From: a virus
DNA length: 64,000 nt
Strand: one strand, 5' to 3'
Virus record (IMG/VR): IMGVR_UViG_3300039425_000002
The notes below the pieces were generated by a model. That model was not told the DNA's origin. It did not search any database and saw only the letters and a list, made by a program, of their open reading frames with translations. Each line of letters begins with the position of its first letter. The stretch's first letter is position 1. This document shows positions 30,274 to 39,918 of the stretch, piece by piece. The position numbers and the translations under genes were made by a program.

Positions 30274-30344
30274 TTTTCTTTGGTGTCTACTTATAAAAAG
30301 GCATAAAATAGTAATAATTTAGTTAGCACATAACTAGTATAGAA

Positions 30345-30524
30345 ATGCCGCGTGGTAAGCCAGGAAAGAAGACTGAAAGAGCGCCAACCATTTGCTTCCA
30401 GCCTTCGGAAGCGGAGCGAGAGATATTAGAGACTTACTGCCAGCAACAAGAAAGAACAATGACCGATGTGCTGAGGGAATTAATTAGAGGATTGAAAGTA
30501 AAACCTAAGAGCGATCGCCCATAG
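30345..30524 (+). CDS. CopG/RHH transcriptional regulator (59 aa, not in ORF track)
   Basis: SEAEREILETYCQQQERTMTDVLRELIRGL. Confidence 0.75.
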   Translation: MPRGKPGKKTERAPTICFQPSEAEREILETYCQQQERTMTDVLRELIRGLKVKPKSDRP

Positions 30525-30578
30525 TTTGTGGGCAAACTAATCTAGGAAGGTAAGTTTAGTCTGATTATTGAAACTTTA

Positions 30579-31469
30579 TTGTTTAAAACAATGACACTAA
30601 ATATTCTGGAATCAATTACTAACCCTGTGAAGTTACAAGAGGCACCGCTTGAGATTGTAAAAGCAGTGCAAATCGAGCTAATCCGGATTGGGTTATTCAA
30701 TGATAGGGTTGATGGTATTGCTGGCAATAAGACGATGGTGGCATTTCATCAATTTAAGAATTTAACTGGCTTAGGCGAATTTGACACTTTGGGACAGACA
30801 ACAGCACAGAAACTACTCAAGGTAAAGTCAATCACTCCCAAACAGCTGCATTTAGGAAACGATTTGGCTGCACGAATTATCAAGTATTGCTTAGCACAAA
30901 ACTATTCGGTAGCAGTAGGCGATCGCCTTTATAATCTTGTGTACGTTGAAGGCGTTGATGCCGATGGAAAGCCGAACGCGGACCGCTTAAACGAATGGAA
31001 CGATCGCCGGATTGTAATTGAGATTGTGGGCGGTACTCCTAAAATTGTTGGCAACTGGCTAGCAACCAGTGAACCCGGAGCCAAGTATACCTATTCGCCG
31101 CTCAACCCAGAGGGAGCAGCGCGAATTGCTTTTGGTCAGTATAAAAGCTGGAAAGTAGGCATTCACAAGGATCACGAAGCACTGGTGCAGGTGGCAAATA
31201 TCAAAGTCCACCGCGATCGCAATCAAGATGGCTCCCGTGCTGGCGATCCAGTCAGAATTGGCTGCTACGGAGTAAATCAGCACTGGGGCTATGATATGAC
31301 CCGTGTTGACGGCGCATCGGCGGGGTGTTTGGTTGGGCAATCAAGGCAAGGGCATAGAGAATTCATGGCTCTGATTAAGCAAGATCAGCGTTACCAAGCA
31401 AACCACAACTATTTATTTGATACGGCAGTTATTCCTGGGGATGATCTGGCAAAGCGTTTTCCTGCATAG
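30579..31469 (+). CDS. Endolysin: peptidoglycan-binding domain plus YkuD-like catalytic domain
   Basis: VDGIAGNKT..AFHQFK PG-binding motif; NQHWG...SAGC. Confidence 0.8.
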   Translation: MFKTMTLNILESITNPVKLQEAPLEIVKAVQIELIRIGLFNDRVDGIAGNKTMVAFHQFKNLTGLGEFDTLGQTTAQKLLKVKSITPKQLHLGNDLAARIIKYCLAQNYSVAVGDRLYNLVYVEGVDADGKPNADRLNEWNDRRIVIEIVGGTPKIVGNWLATSEPGAKYTYSPLNPEGAARIAFGQYKSWKVGIHKDHEALVQVANIKVHRDRNQDGSRAGDPVRIGCYGVNQHWGYDMTRVDGASAGCLVGQSRQGHREFMALIKQDQRYQANHNYLFDTAVIPGDDLAKRFPA

Positions 31470-31501
31470 ATTGGTAGCAGATGGCGTAGCGGGGAGTGCA
31501 A

Positions 31502-31972
31502 CTAAGCGATCGCTGGGATTAGGTTAAGCTGCTGTGCTAAAGATTCTACTTGCGCCTTCACATAGTCAAAGTCTTTATAAGTTTCCCAATCTCGGGTTCT
31601 CATCACCCACGCACCAGGGCAGATATCGCCTGCATGGCAGCAATCAAACCCAATCCACCAAACTTTATCCGACTGACCTGGCTGGGGGATATGGCAGATT
31701 CCAAACTCCTTGTTATCTTCCTGACAAAAATCAGTAAAAGTTATACCGCCGTGAATCTGAAGGCTTTCGATTTCATCAGTAAGATAGTCGAGTTCGAAGT
31801 AAGGGTGCGACTGGTTTACCCCTACATAACCGCATAAAGCACCGTGATTTGGCTGGCGTACAATCAAACAGGGTAAGCCAGTAGCTAAGTCAATCCATTG
31901 CGCCTTGTCTGGTTCGTCTTTCCACTTGCCTTTGTCCCAATTACTCTTATCTATAAACGTCCAAGTTTTCAT
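31502..31972 (-). CDS. Conserved phage hypothetical protein
   Basis: GALCGYVGV...HGGITF...WWIGFDCCHAGD. Confidence 0.7.
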   Translation of the reverse strand: MKTWTFIDKSNWDKGKWKDEPDKAQWIDLATGLPCLIVRQPNHGALCGYVGVNQSHPYFELDYLTDEIESLQIHGGITFTDFCQEDNKEFGICHIPQPGQSDKVWWIGFDCCHAGDICPGAWVMRTRDWETYKDFDYVKAQVESLAQQLNLIPAIA

Positions 31973-32411
31973 TATTTTGATTGAGGCGATCGCCTGAATA
32001 CCTTCTTTTTTTGTTAACTATACTGTATAAGTGCAAAAAAATATGCCCCCTCTTGTAGAGAGTGTTGCGGAACGCGCTAGCCTAATCTTGCCCTGGCTTG
32101 CTTGATTTTGCTTCCATGCGATCGGTGATTTTTGAGGGCGATCGCTAAGTTAATCAATATTTGAGGCTTCGACTACGCTCAGCCTCAACACCTCGACTTC
32201 GCTCGGTGTTGAGGTTTTTTTGCATTTTTTTGCATACTGCATAGCCACTATCACTTCGCCGTCTTGCGAGCGGAAAATAGGTGCTAAAAGATATTTTCTG
32301 TTTCGTGCCGCTGCTCTTGCGTTAGTTGACACAGTCTCAAACTCTCCAGTAAACTCAAAAAATTTTTCTGGATAGCCTGACTTGATTGCGTGAGGAAAAC
32401 CTGATTTATTC

Positions 32412-32455
32412 ATGATATACTGATTGAAGTACTGATATACTGATAAAAGTATAGC
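32412..32455. promoter_or_regulatory. Direct repeats upstream of parA (parS/operator candidate)
   Basis: tgatatactgat x2 plus overlapping tactgat copies. Confidence 0.5.
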
Positions 32456-32463
32456 CTGAAGTC

Positions 32464-33123
32464 ATGAATACTTGCATTGGTATTGTCAATCAAAAAGGCG
32501 GAAGTGGAAAAAGCAGTACGGCTGTAGCTTTAGCGTATTGGTTGTATCACAAACAAAATTACAAAACGATACTTATTGATGCGGATGCGCAGCGATCAAG
32601 TTCTAGGTGGATTGCATCATTGCCAAAAACAGAAACTATACCCTATGAGGTTATAGGAGATGCAGATTCGTTAATTGAACAAATCGAGCCAATTTTACAG
32701 AAGCATGAATTTGTTGTGATTGATGGACCTGGAAGTTTAGCTGAAGTAACAAGAGCAATCGTCCTTTTATCGCATTTAGCTGTAATACCTTGTCAGCCAA
32801 CAGGATTAGATTTAGGAAGTGCGGCAGATACAGTTCGATTAGTTTTACAGGCACGCCAAATTAGAAAAAAGCTGCCATTATCAGTAGCTTTTTTAAACCG
32901 AGCAGTAAAAGGGACTCGACTAAAACTTGAAGCGCGATCGCTTCTGGGCGATCTTCCTGGCATACATTTATTGAATTCTGTCGTTCATCAAAAACAAATC
33001 ATTGCGGATGCAGTAGGGCAGCAATCAACAGTATGGAATATCCGCGATCGCACATCAACTGATTCGGCACGGGAATACAGCAATTTATTTACTGAAATAT
33101 TACAATGCCTAGAAAACCTTTAA
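32464..33123 (+). CDS. parA: ParA family ATPase
   Basis: NQKGGSGKSS Walker A, IDADAQ, VIDGPG. Confidence 0.92.
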   Translation: MNTCIGIVNQKGGSGKSSTAVALAYWLYHKQNYKTILIDADAQRSSSRWIASLPKTETIPYEVIGDADSLIEQIEPILQKHEFVVIDGPGSLAEVTRAIVLLSHLAVIPCQPTGLDLGSAADTVRLVLQARQIRKKLPLSVAFLNRAVKGTRLKLEARSLLGDLPGIHLLNSVVHQKQIIADAVGQQSTVWNIRDRTSTDSAREYSNLFTEILQCLENL

Positions 33124-33500
33124 ATCATTCAGAGCAATTTAAAGAGAACTTTGAATTATTACCAAAACAAGAGATTTTAGATTTTGTCCACAATAAAAGA
33201 GCGAGGGTAAGTGAAGATAAGAAGCAAAACAGACGACAGGGCGTTGAGGAAACCTCAACGCAACGTCCTCCTGAAAATCCTGAAACTAGTTCTTCTTCTC
33301 CTCACCCTTTTTCGTGTGAATCAATTATGTCTGAAGTTAAAAAAGAAGACGCTCAACCAATAAAAACTGTAAGAATAACAGCCGACCTGCCTAAACCGAA
33401 CCATAAAAGGTTGAAGGAAGCCGTGTATGACATGAATACGGATATTAATAAATTGGTTAATGCTTTAGTCGATCAATTTTTGGATGCTGCGGGATATTGA
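33105..33500 (+). CDS. ParG-like RHH partition partner
   Basis: Overlaps the parA end; C-terminal RITADLP...LVNALVDQFL RHH pattern. Confidence 0.65.
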   Translation: MPRKPLNHSEQFKENFELLPKQEILDFVHNKRARVSEDKKQNRRQGVEETSTQRPPENPETSSSSPHPFSCESIMSEVKKEDAQPIKTVRITADLPKPNHKRLKEAVYDMNTDINKLVNALVDQFLDAAGY

Positions 33501-34119
33501 CAAAGGAGCGATCGCAATGCCAAACAAATCGGAATCGGTAAGTGAAGACAAAGTTATCTCTGTTGAGTCAGTCGTCACATCAGTCAACGACAAGCCGTAT
33601 ATTCAAATTAATTGGGGCAATTCCAAAGGAGTACTTTCTGTTCCTGATGCTAGAGCTAGAGCAATGGCTTTGTTAAATGCATCTGCGATCGCAGATGCTG
33701 AGGCGCGAGTATTTGAATTGCTTCTGCCTCCAAGTAAAGGCTTTAATCCAAATAATCCTGATAGAAAAGCACAGCAAGCAATTTTGACGTTGAGAGAGAT
33801 GCGGCGCAAGCGATCGCCCCTGCCTCCAGATATCAATCCTATTTACGGCTTCAAAAATCGCGAACCATTAATTGAATATCAGTGGGGTGATGAAAAAGGT
33901 ACTTTGGATTTGGATGCCGCTCGCGATCATGCTAGGGGGCTGTTGGAGTCAGCGGAGACAGCGGAGAACGATAGTTTCTTCTATCACTTTTTTACGACCA
34001 AGCATGACATTTTAAGCCGCAGTCAAACTGAAGAGTTTTTGCAAGATTTTAAGCTATTTAGACAACAAACCATATTAGAAGAAATGTTTGAAGAAGAGAG
34101 CGATCGCCATGAAATCTGA
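33484..34119 (+). CDS. Hypothetical protein with internal domain duplication
   Basis: WG..KG.L....AR..A..LL occurs twice. Confidence 0.6.
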   Translation: MLRDIDKGAIAMPNKSESVSEDKVISVESVVTSVNDKPYIQINWGNSKGVLSVPDARARAMALLNASAIADAEARVFELLLPPSKGFNPNNPDRKAQQAILTLREMRRKRSPLPPDINPIYGFKNREPLIEYQWGDEKGTLDLDAARDHARGLLESAETAENDSFFYHFFTTKHDILSRSQTEEFLQDFKLFRQQTILEEMFEEESDRHEI

Positions 34120-34627
34120 GTGGACTGACTGCGGCGACTACGAGGATTTGATCTGCGATTACGGCAGAATTTCTCTCCAGCCGCGCCCTAGTTATTGCGA
34201 TCGCGGTCGATTTGTCGTCCAGTTACTGATACATGGTCCGACCAATCATTTGCTTAGCACGCCATTAAGTAATGCCTATTTCTTTAGCTATCAAAATGCT
34301 AAAGAGGAAATTGCCCGGTGGTTGACCCTAGCTGCTAGTGCCACCCCCGAACAATTGCGAACGCTCAAGCCAGAAACATCTAGGGAGCAGTGCTTGCACA
34401 TGAGCGGATTGAATTGCGAGGCTAAAGTTTATCAGCAGGTTTTGCAGCCCGTCAATACCACCATGTACATATTCGAGGTGGAGATCAAGCCAGGAAATGA
34501 ACTGGCGCTTGATGTTAATGAAGCAGACGAATTTCCCAGAGTCTATTTGGATTTAGGTGTTGCTCGGCAAGAAGTTTTGGCATGGATGCAGTGTCGCGGG
34601 CAGATCGACCAAACATTAATTGGTTGA
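34088..34627 (+). CDS. Hypothetical protein
   Basis: Coupled ORF. Confidence 0.55.
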   Translation: MKKRAIAMKSEWTDCGDYEDLICDYGRISLQPRPSYCDRGRFVVQLLIHGPTNHLLSTPLSNAYFFSYQNAKEEIARWLTLAASATPEQLRTLKPETSREQCLHMSGLNCEAKVYQQVLQPVNTTMYIFEVEIKPGNELALDVNEADEFPRVYLDLGVARQEVLAWMQCRGQIDQTLIG

Positions 34628-34650
34628 CACTGGTTAACCAATAGGCTATA
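34624..34650 (+). promoter_or_regulatory. Sigma70-type promoter with palindrome in the spacer
   Basis: TTGACA-ctggttaaccaataggc-TATATT. Confidence 0.65.
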
Positions 34651-34831
34651 TTAGATACATGGAAAACAAACGGGTCGCCGCCGCAACGGGCGTAAAGGGA
34701 TTCCATGCAACTAATCAACGCGATCGCACAAGTCCTCAAAGTTTCAGAGAATCAAATCAAATCAATCGATAAGTGGGCATCAGTATATTTCGTTCGCTTC
34801 AATATTGGTTGAATCATTAAGGAGAACTCAA

Positions 34832-35311
34832 ATGTCTTTACAAGAATTTCTAGCTAATAATAATTCCGCTGAAACTCAATGGGGTGTATGGGTAAATCCA
34901 CAAGACTTAGAGGACTACAGGATTGGGCAATACGTCTTTGAAAATGATGGAGTTCTTGACGAGAAAGTTTGTATCGGAAACCTGGATAAACTATCTCATG
35001 AGCGTCGGGTTTATTGCGGTGAAGAGGATGGGTTATCGGGATACGTTCGGGATCTGGACGGATTAACTCGATACAAGAATAAACTAGTAAAATTCAATCC
35101 TGAAGCTTTGGCTGATGCCATTAGCAACGGCTTCTGTAATGAAGAATTTGAAGAACACTTTCGCACCGAAGCCGAAGAACAGTGGCAAGAATTTTCCCAA
35201 GAGTGGGCAAGGCAGAAGATTGAGGAGTTGAAAGAGTATTTTGCTCCTGGCGGTGAGTGGGAGGAAGAGTGCGAGCAGCAAAGGCTTGAAGCCGAGGCAT
35301 GGGCATCTTAA
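34832..35311 (+). CDS. Highly acidic hypothetical protein
   Basis: AGGAG RBS; strongly E/D-rich. Confidence 0.65.
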   Translation: MSLQEFLANNNSAETQWGVWVNPQDLEDYRIGQYVFENDGVLDEKVCIGNLDKLSHERRVYCGEEDGLSGYVRDLDGLTRYKNKLVKFNPEALADAISNGFCNEEFEEHFRTEAEEQWQEFSQEWARQKIEELKEYFAPGGEWEEECEQQRLEAEAWAS

Positions 35312-35688
35312 CCAGCAGGAACTACCGCCCAAAGCGGTCGCCCGCTGGCGACCGAATCTCAGTGAAATTAATGATTAAAAGTAATATGACTCAAAAAGAA
35401 CTTCCGCTTCGAATTAGATTTTTAATGATTGAGATGAATTCTAGATTTCAAGAATCTAAATCCCTAAAGAGAAAGTATCAACTAAATAAGCTGGTATCAA
35501 TAGCTAAAGCACTTTTTAATTGGGGCAAGGCTAAAGCAGTTTTAGAACAAGGACGTATTGAAAGAAACAGACTAATTGCTCGGATGGACAGAATAGCTCA
35601 AGAACTAAGTGATTTACAAAATTCTTTAGACAAGGAAGTAGAAGCATTACAAAATGCAAAAAGCCAAAGCGATTTACAGAGCAGGTGA
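35299..35688 (+). CDS. Hypothetical coiled-coil protein
   Basis: Coupled ORF. Confidence 0.5.
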   Translation: MGILTSRNYRPKRSPAGDRISVKLMIKSNMTQKELPLRIRFLMIEMNSRFQESKSLKRKYQLNKLVSIAKALFNWGKAKAVLEQGRIERNRLIARMDRIAQELSDLQNSLDKEVEALQNAKSQSDLQSR

Positions 35689-36520
35689 AATTGTTAGTGC
35701 AACCGAATGCGATTATAATTCTGCAAAGATTCTAGGCTTGATTTGTCCCTTTTGCCTAGAGCCTGTTTTTCTTTGTGAGGGAAGCACGCGTGTCACCTCA
35801 AAAGGCAAAGTATTCGTTGTGGACAAATACTTTGCCCACTACCAAAGTTCCCCCAAAAACTGGGACTGCGAACAAAGAGCTAAAACTAAGGCGGGAAGGG
35901 AGTTTCTAGAAAAACAAAAACTTGCAAGCAAGGGACAGAGACTTGAGCTGTTTAACAACTACTTCTGGGCAATGGTTCGAGATAGTGCGGGTTACCCAAA
36001 AGCACCTGAGCCCTTGGTTAGACAGTACCTTAATTCCACTGATCTAGTCTCTCTAGTCAAAAAAACTCAAGAATTTTGGATAGATAACCTAGAAGGAACT
36101 TACAAACTGCTAGAAGCTTTTCTCAATCAGTCTCTTGAAGAGTTAGCAGCGAGTAACGAACTACTGGTTTCTCAGATCCGCAAAGACCCCAAAGATGGCT
36201 TAGCGCGCGCCATCCTCCGAACGCGCAAACAAGTTGTAGATAAGCGATTGCATCGAGCGATTGCCTACGAAGCCTGTGATTTTTTGGCAACACCCAAAAG
36301 TGGCTACGCCATGAAAAAGATGGTTGCGACTGCCATCTGGATGGATTTGAGAATTAAACCAGTAAAGACTGTTTCAGATTTGAGGGGTTTGGCATCCGAT
36401 ATGTTTGCCGCATTGTTGCTCATGCTGGCAACAACCGACTGGATTGGACAAGTACAGGTAAAAGAGGAATGTACAACAAATATAACAGCAACAAAATCGC
36501 CTTCCACGCTGCTGATTTAA
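35654..36520 (+). CDS. CoiA-like zinc-finger protein
   Basis: LICPFCLEPVFL...YFAH...C. Confidence 0.6.
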   Translation: MQKAKAIYRAGEIVSATECDYNSAKILGLICPFCLEPVFLCEGSTRVTSKGKVFVVDKYFAHYQSSPKNWDCEQRAKTKAGREFLEKQKLASKGQRLELFNNYFWAMVRDSAGYPKAPEPLVRQYLNSTDLVSLVKKTQEFWIDNLEGTYKLLEAFLNQSLEELAASNELLVSQIRKDPKDGLARAILRTRKQVVDKRLHRAIAYEACDFLATPKSGYAMKKMVATAIWMDLRIKPVKTVSDLRGLASDMFAALLLMLATTDWIGQVQVKEECTTNITATKSPSTLLI

Positions 36521-36906
36521 TCGATGCCTTAAAACAGCGCAATCCTGATTCCCCAAGTCTAGCTGCCAAGCGTGATTTGGAACGTTACTACACCTTATTA
36601 GAGGATGCGCTCCCGACACTAGATTTATCTGAAGCCGAAGCATTGTTGATATTCGATGCGTTGAATGGCGTGAAATTTAGCACCGAAACTATTCAATTAC
36701 TCCGCTATAACGTGGCAGATGGAATTGAAGAAAGACTGGATCAAAAGTGGGGAGTAAATGGGAAAGCTCTGTTGCAAAAGCTGAAATCTTATAACCATAC
36801 ACAGCTATTTGCTTTAGCTGATGCAATTGAACAGCTAGGAGTCGATAGCTACCAAATTGCAGATTTGGCAACTGAATTGAAGCGGGTGGGGTTGATCAGT
36901 GGATAG
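36469..36906 (+). CDS. Hypothetical protein
   Basis: Coupled ORF; LSEAEALLIFDALNG. Confidence 0.6.
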   Translation: MYNKYNSNKIAFHAADLIDALKQRNPDSPSLAAKRDLERYYTLLEDALPTLDLSEAEALLIFDALNGVKFSTETIQLLRYNVADGIEERLDQKWGVNGKALLQKLKSYNHTQLFALADAIEQLGVDSYQIADLATELKRVGLISG

Positions 36907-37351
36907 CGAATCCTTGAATCTTCAAGCCGAAGAAGATGAAAATATAAAGTGCGATCGCACCAGAACTGTTTACGTGGACGCTCGGGTAGAGTGGTCTAAT
37001 CCCGCCCTACCCAATGCCGGAATACCTGTTAAGGCGACGATCGCTGCTTACTGCCACCAAACAAAAGAGGCAGTAATCAGGGATATAAAACCCAGAGATT
37101 TAGGGCAGAGCTTTTGTATCGAGTCGGCTGAAGTTGAGGCGATTCAGATGGGGATTGTTGAATTGCAAGCAACCGAAATCTATTCAGATCATTTGTCTGC
37201 ATCAAAATGGAACTTTGAAGTTCCAGTTCGACACATCCCTCGCAAAGACAACAAAATAGCTGATTGGCTAACGAAAAGCAAACTCAGGGGCAGGAGATGG
37301 ATTATACTGCGATCCACACAGCCTTGCCGAGGATGGATAGAAATTCTTTGA
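36899..37351 (+). CDS. RNase H-like protein
   Basis: VYVDA, AEVEAI, IYSD, HIPRKDNKIADWL match RNase HI acidic motifs. Confidence 0.75.
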   Translation: MDSESLNLQAEEDENIKCDRTRTVYVDARVEWSNPALPNAGIPVKATIAAYCHQTKEAVIRDIKPRDLGQSFCIESAEVEAIQMGIVELQATEIYSDHLSASKWNFEVPVRHIPRKDNKIADWLTKSKLRGRRWIILRSTQPCRGWIEIL

Positions 37352-37366
37352 TCGGGAGCGATCACA

Positions 37367-37696
37367 ATGACAAACGAATCGGAATTGGCGATCGCCATGA
37401 AAGAAAAGCTGCGTCTCAAACTTGAAGAACTGGCTGCCAGTTTCAACGCTCGTAACCATTTAGGGCAGACATGGAAGGTTGTACCGGATAAAAACATTCT
37501 CGGCGGCACGGTTTTGTCTAACCGACTATATCTACTTCCAGCCCATAGAGTTTGGATTGATCAAGGTATTATCCATTGGAAAATTTGCACGGCAACCAAG
37601 GAAAAATCGGGGACGTGCCAAAGCCTAGAGGAAGCGATCGCTATACTTGCGTTCAACGCTGGAAAGGATTTCGCCTTAAAGTACTACCAGTTTTGA
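37367..37696 (+). CDS. Hypothetical protein
   Basis: ORF in operon. Confidence 0.5.
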   Translation: MTNESELAIAMKEKLRLKLEELAASFNARNHLGQTWKVVPDKNILGGTVLSNRLYLLPAHRVWIDQGIIHWKICTATKEKSGTCQSLEEAIAILAFNAGKDFALKYYQF

Positions 37697-37782
37697 TCAT
37701 TGACAACTCCTGCCGAAGACCGCAAGCGATAGAGATGGCGATTTTGTCTTCGAGAATATAGCGTTTGGTCATAGGCGATCGC

Positions 37783-38211
37783 TCACTGGGGAAACCAGTT
37801 CTTGTCTTTCAACTGCTCAATTGTATAGGGACATTCGACAGGAAAGTTCTGCAAAAAAATCGTCGTTTCTTCACTTGCCTTTTCCCTCGCCTCTTCATAC
37901 GCATCAGGAACTGATTCCAAGAGAAAATCTCCAGCTAAGCTTGGATTATCTTTCAGCAAGCGCAGTAACTGCCTTCGGGCGTTGTTGATAGACACCTTCC
38001 AACTTCGGCATTGATACTCTGGTTGATACTGCCATTTGAGCAGGTGCAGCAACAAAATAACCAGGTGACTCGCAACTGCTCGTTTCTCACTCCTGCCCAA
38101 GGCTTCTAGTTCCTCAATCAGATTATCCCAATCAACCAAATCAAACTTCTGCTGCCTCAACTGGTCAGCAGTTGTTTCAATCCATTGATAAAAGTCGCGA
38201 TCGTAAAGCAT
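37783..38211 (-). CDS. DUF29 family protein
   Basis: LYDRDFYQW...DWDNLIEELEALGRSE...HLLKWQYQP...CPYTIEQL. Confidence 0.92.
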   Translation of the reverse strand: MLYDRDFYQWIETTADQLRQQKFDLVDWDNLIEELEALGRSEKRAVASHLVILLLHLLKWQYQPEYQCRSWKVSINNARRQLLRLLKDNPSLAGDFLLESVPDAYEEAREKASEETTIFLQNFPVECPYTIEQLKDKNWFPQ

Positions 38212-38239
38212 AACGAGTAATTCAGTCCTGGGGTCAAAA

Positions 38240-38398
38240 ATTGACAATGGACAATTAACAATTAACAATTACCTCTCCCTAAAAGAAAGAGGATTGATCC
38301 CAAGGCGGCAACTTATTTCTTCTTTTCTCCTTAAAAGGAGAGGTCTTAAACCAAATTAATCAATTGTCAATTGTCAATTATTAATTGTTCATTGGTGA
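38240..38398. repeat. STRR-like heptamer repeats flanking a small insert
   Basis: ttgacaa/ttaacaa series and caattgt series. Confidence 0.7.
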
Positions 38399-38415
38399 AT
38401 GGGCGATCGCAGACA

Positions 38416-38673
38416 TCAGGCAACCTCAATTCCCTCAGAGGCATCTTTAACCGCTTCGTGCAATTCCTCAATCGTGCAGTTGTAGAGCTGACATAGTTTG
38501 ACAAACTGATCTAATCGCATCTTAGGAACAGTTCTGCCCTGTTCCCAGTTTCTAACTGTTGATATAGCAATGCCTAGTTCTACCGCTACGTCTTCGGCTC
38601 TTAAACCACTCCTTTTTCTTAACTCCATCACTGGGCTATTCATACACAGTAAATCCGCCATTCCTGCTACCAC
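38416..38673 (-). CDS. XRE-family repressor
   Basis: LRKRSGLRAEDVAVELGIAISTVRNWEQG. Confidence 0.9.
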   Translation of the reverse strand: MVAGMADLLCMNSPVMELRKRSGLRAEDVAVELGIAISTVRNWEQGRTVPKMRLDQFVKLCQLYNCTIEELHEAVKDASEGIEVA

Positions 38674-38674
38674 C

Positions 38675-38756
38675 TTAGCACTAACTGGTTGCTTTATCTA
38701 ATATACTATCACGTTAGCACTAACCCATTGACAAATACTAACCAGTTAGTTATCAT
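38675..38756 (+). promoter_or_regulatory. Consensus sigma70 promoter with operator palindromes
   Basis: TTGACA (38728)-17 bp-TATCAT (38751); actaac-ca-gttagt in the spacer; ttagcactaac repeated upstream. Confidence 0.75.
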
Positions 38757-38917
38757 ATAGATACGCAAACAAACAGCACCTAGACAACTGCATAGCCATT
38801 CACGCCGCCCTGGTTGGGGGTTCGCAAGGGTGTGGTGGTAGTTCAAAGTTCACAATGATCGCGCCCTGAAAAGGATATGCGATCGCCTGACTAACTATTA
38901 CTAAAAACGAGGTTTTA

Positions 38918-39181
38918 ATGCTGGTTAGATATTTTTCGATAAAACCCTGTATGGCTGTATCTGGCGAATACGAAGCGATTCCTAACGGCGATATTTGCGA
39001 TGATGCCGACCTGCTGAATGGGTGTGAAGGAGAGGTTTACGAGCTAGGTTCCGAGGACTTGCCCGAAGGAGTAGAAGACATTCGCGGCAAAATTCACAAT
39101 GAACCTGAGAAGGTTTTTGTTGAGCGTAGTAGCGACGAAACCAGAGTCTCTTACTTCGGTTTTAGCAAGGTCGAAGGCTGA
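38918..39181 (+). CDS. Small acidic hypothetical protein
   Basis: GAGG RBS; first gene after the promoter. Confidence 0.6.
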   Translation: MLVRYFSIKPCMAVSGEYEAIPNGDICDDADLLNGCEGEVYELGSEDLPEGVEDIRGKIHNEPEKVFVERSSDETRVSYFGFSKVEG

Positions 39182-39277
39182 GTCACAAAAAACGGTAGGG
39201 ATATTCCCTACCGCTCAAACTTTTGATGCAGTGCGGCGGCGAAGAGAAATGAAGTTGTTTTTACTAAGGAGTCAAAG

Positions 39278-39448
39278 ATGTCCGACTTTGCACATCGAAT
39301 GATGAGACAAGAGCAAGAAGAGCTAGAACAGATGGAGAGCGATTATCAGGCCATGGAAGCCGAGAAACACTACGCGGCTATGGTTGGGCAATCCGTTGCT
39401 CAATCACCTGATTCAGATGACGAACCAGACAACGAAAGCGAAGACTAA
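39278..39448 (+). CDS. Small acidic hypothetical protein (56 aa, not in ORF track)
   Basis: AAGGAG RBS; MSDFAHRMMRQEQEELEQ...DDEPDNESED. Confidence 0.55.
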   Translation: MSDFAHRMMRQEQEELEQMESDYQAMEAEKHYAAMVGQSVAQSPDSDDEPDNESED

Positions 39449-39918
39449 GTTCAAAGAGCGATCGCCCTCCCTTCCACAGTTGCGCGATCGCTCCCACCCC
39501 TAGGAAAGGAGTTCAACATCATTATGACTACTACTTGCGCCACTTGCCCATATTTTCAAGATTTCTCTCAAGCCAACGGTAGAGGTTGGTGCCAAATTTT
39601 CGACCGCCAGGCGCGATCGCACCACCTCAAGACAAATAGCTGCACCTTGGAGATTGAGGGAAACAGAGCATGAAAAACCTCAACTTGTGCAGCCTAACAC
39701 TTCCAGAATTACGCGATTATGCCGCTTCAATCAATGCCAGACCAATTGGTGATGAAAAATTCAAATCAAGCTGGTTGATTGGAATAGAATTTAAGAAAAT
39801 TAGCGATCGCTTAGAGAATAAGGCCAAACTTCCTACTAGAAATAGCGGCTATATAACTAAGGTAAAATAGTAGTTATATAGCCAGAATTCACTAACTTAA
39901 CTAACAACTACTTTTGAA

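Noticed and set aside
36899..37351. Reverse transcriptase / DGR or retron
   Set aside because: Only RNase H-like motifs; no YxDD polymerase domain and no TR/VR pair seen
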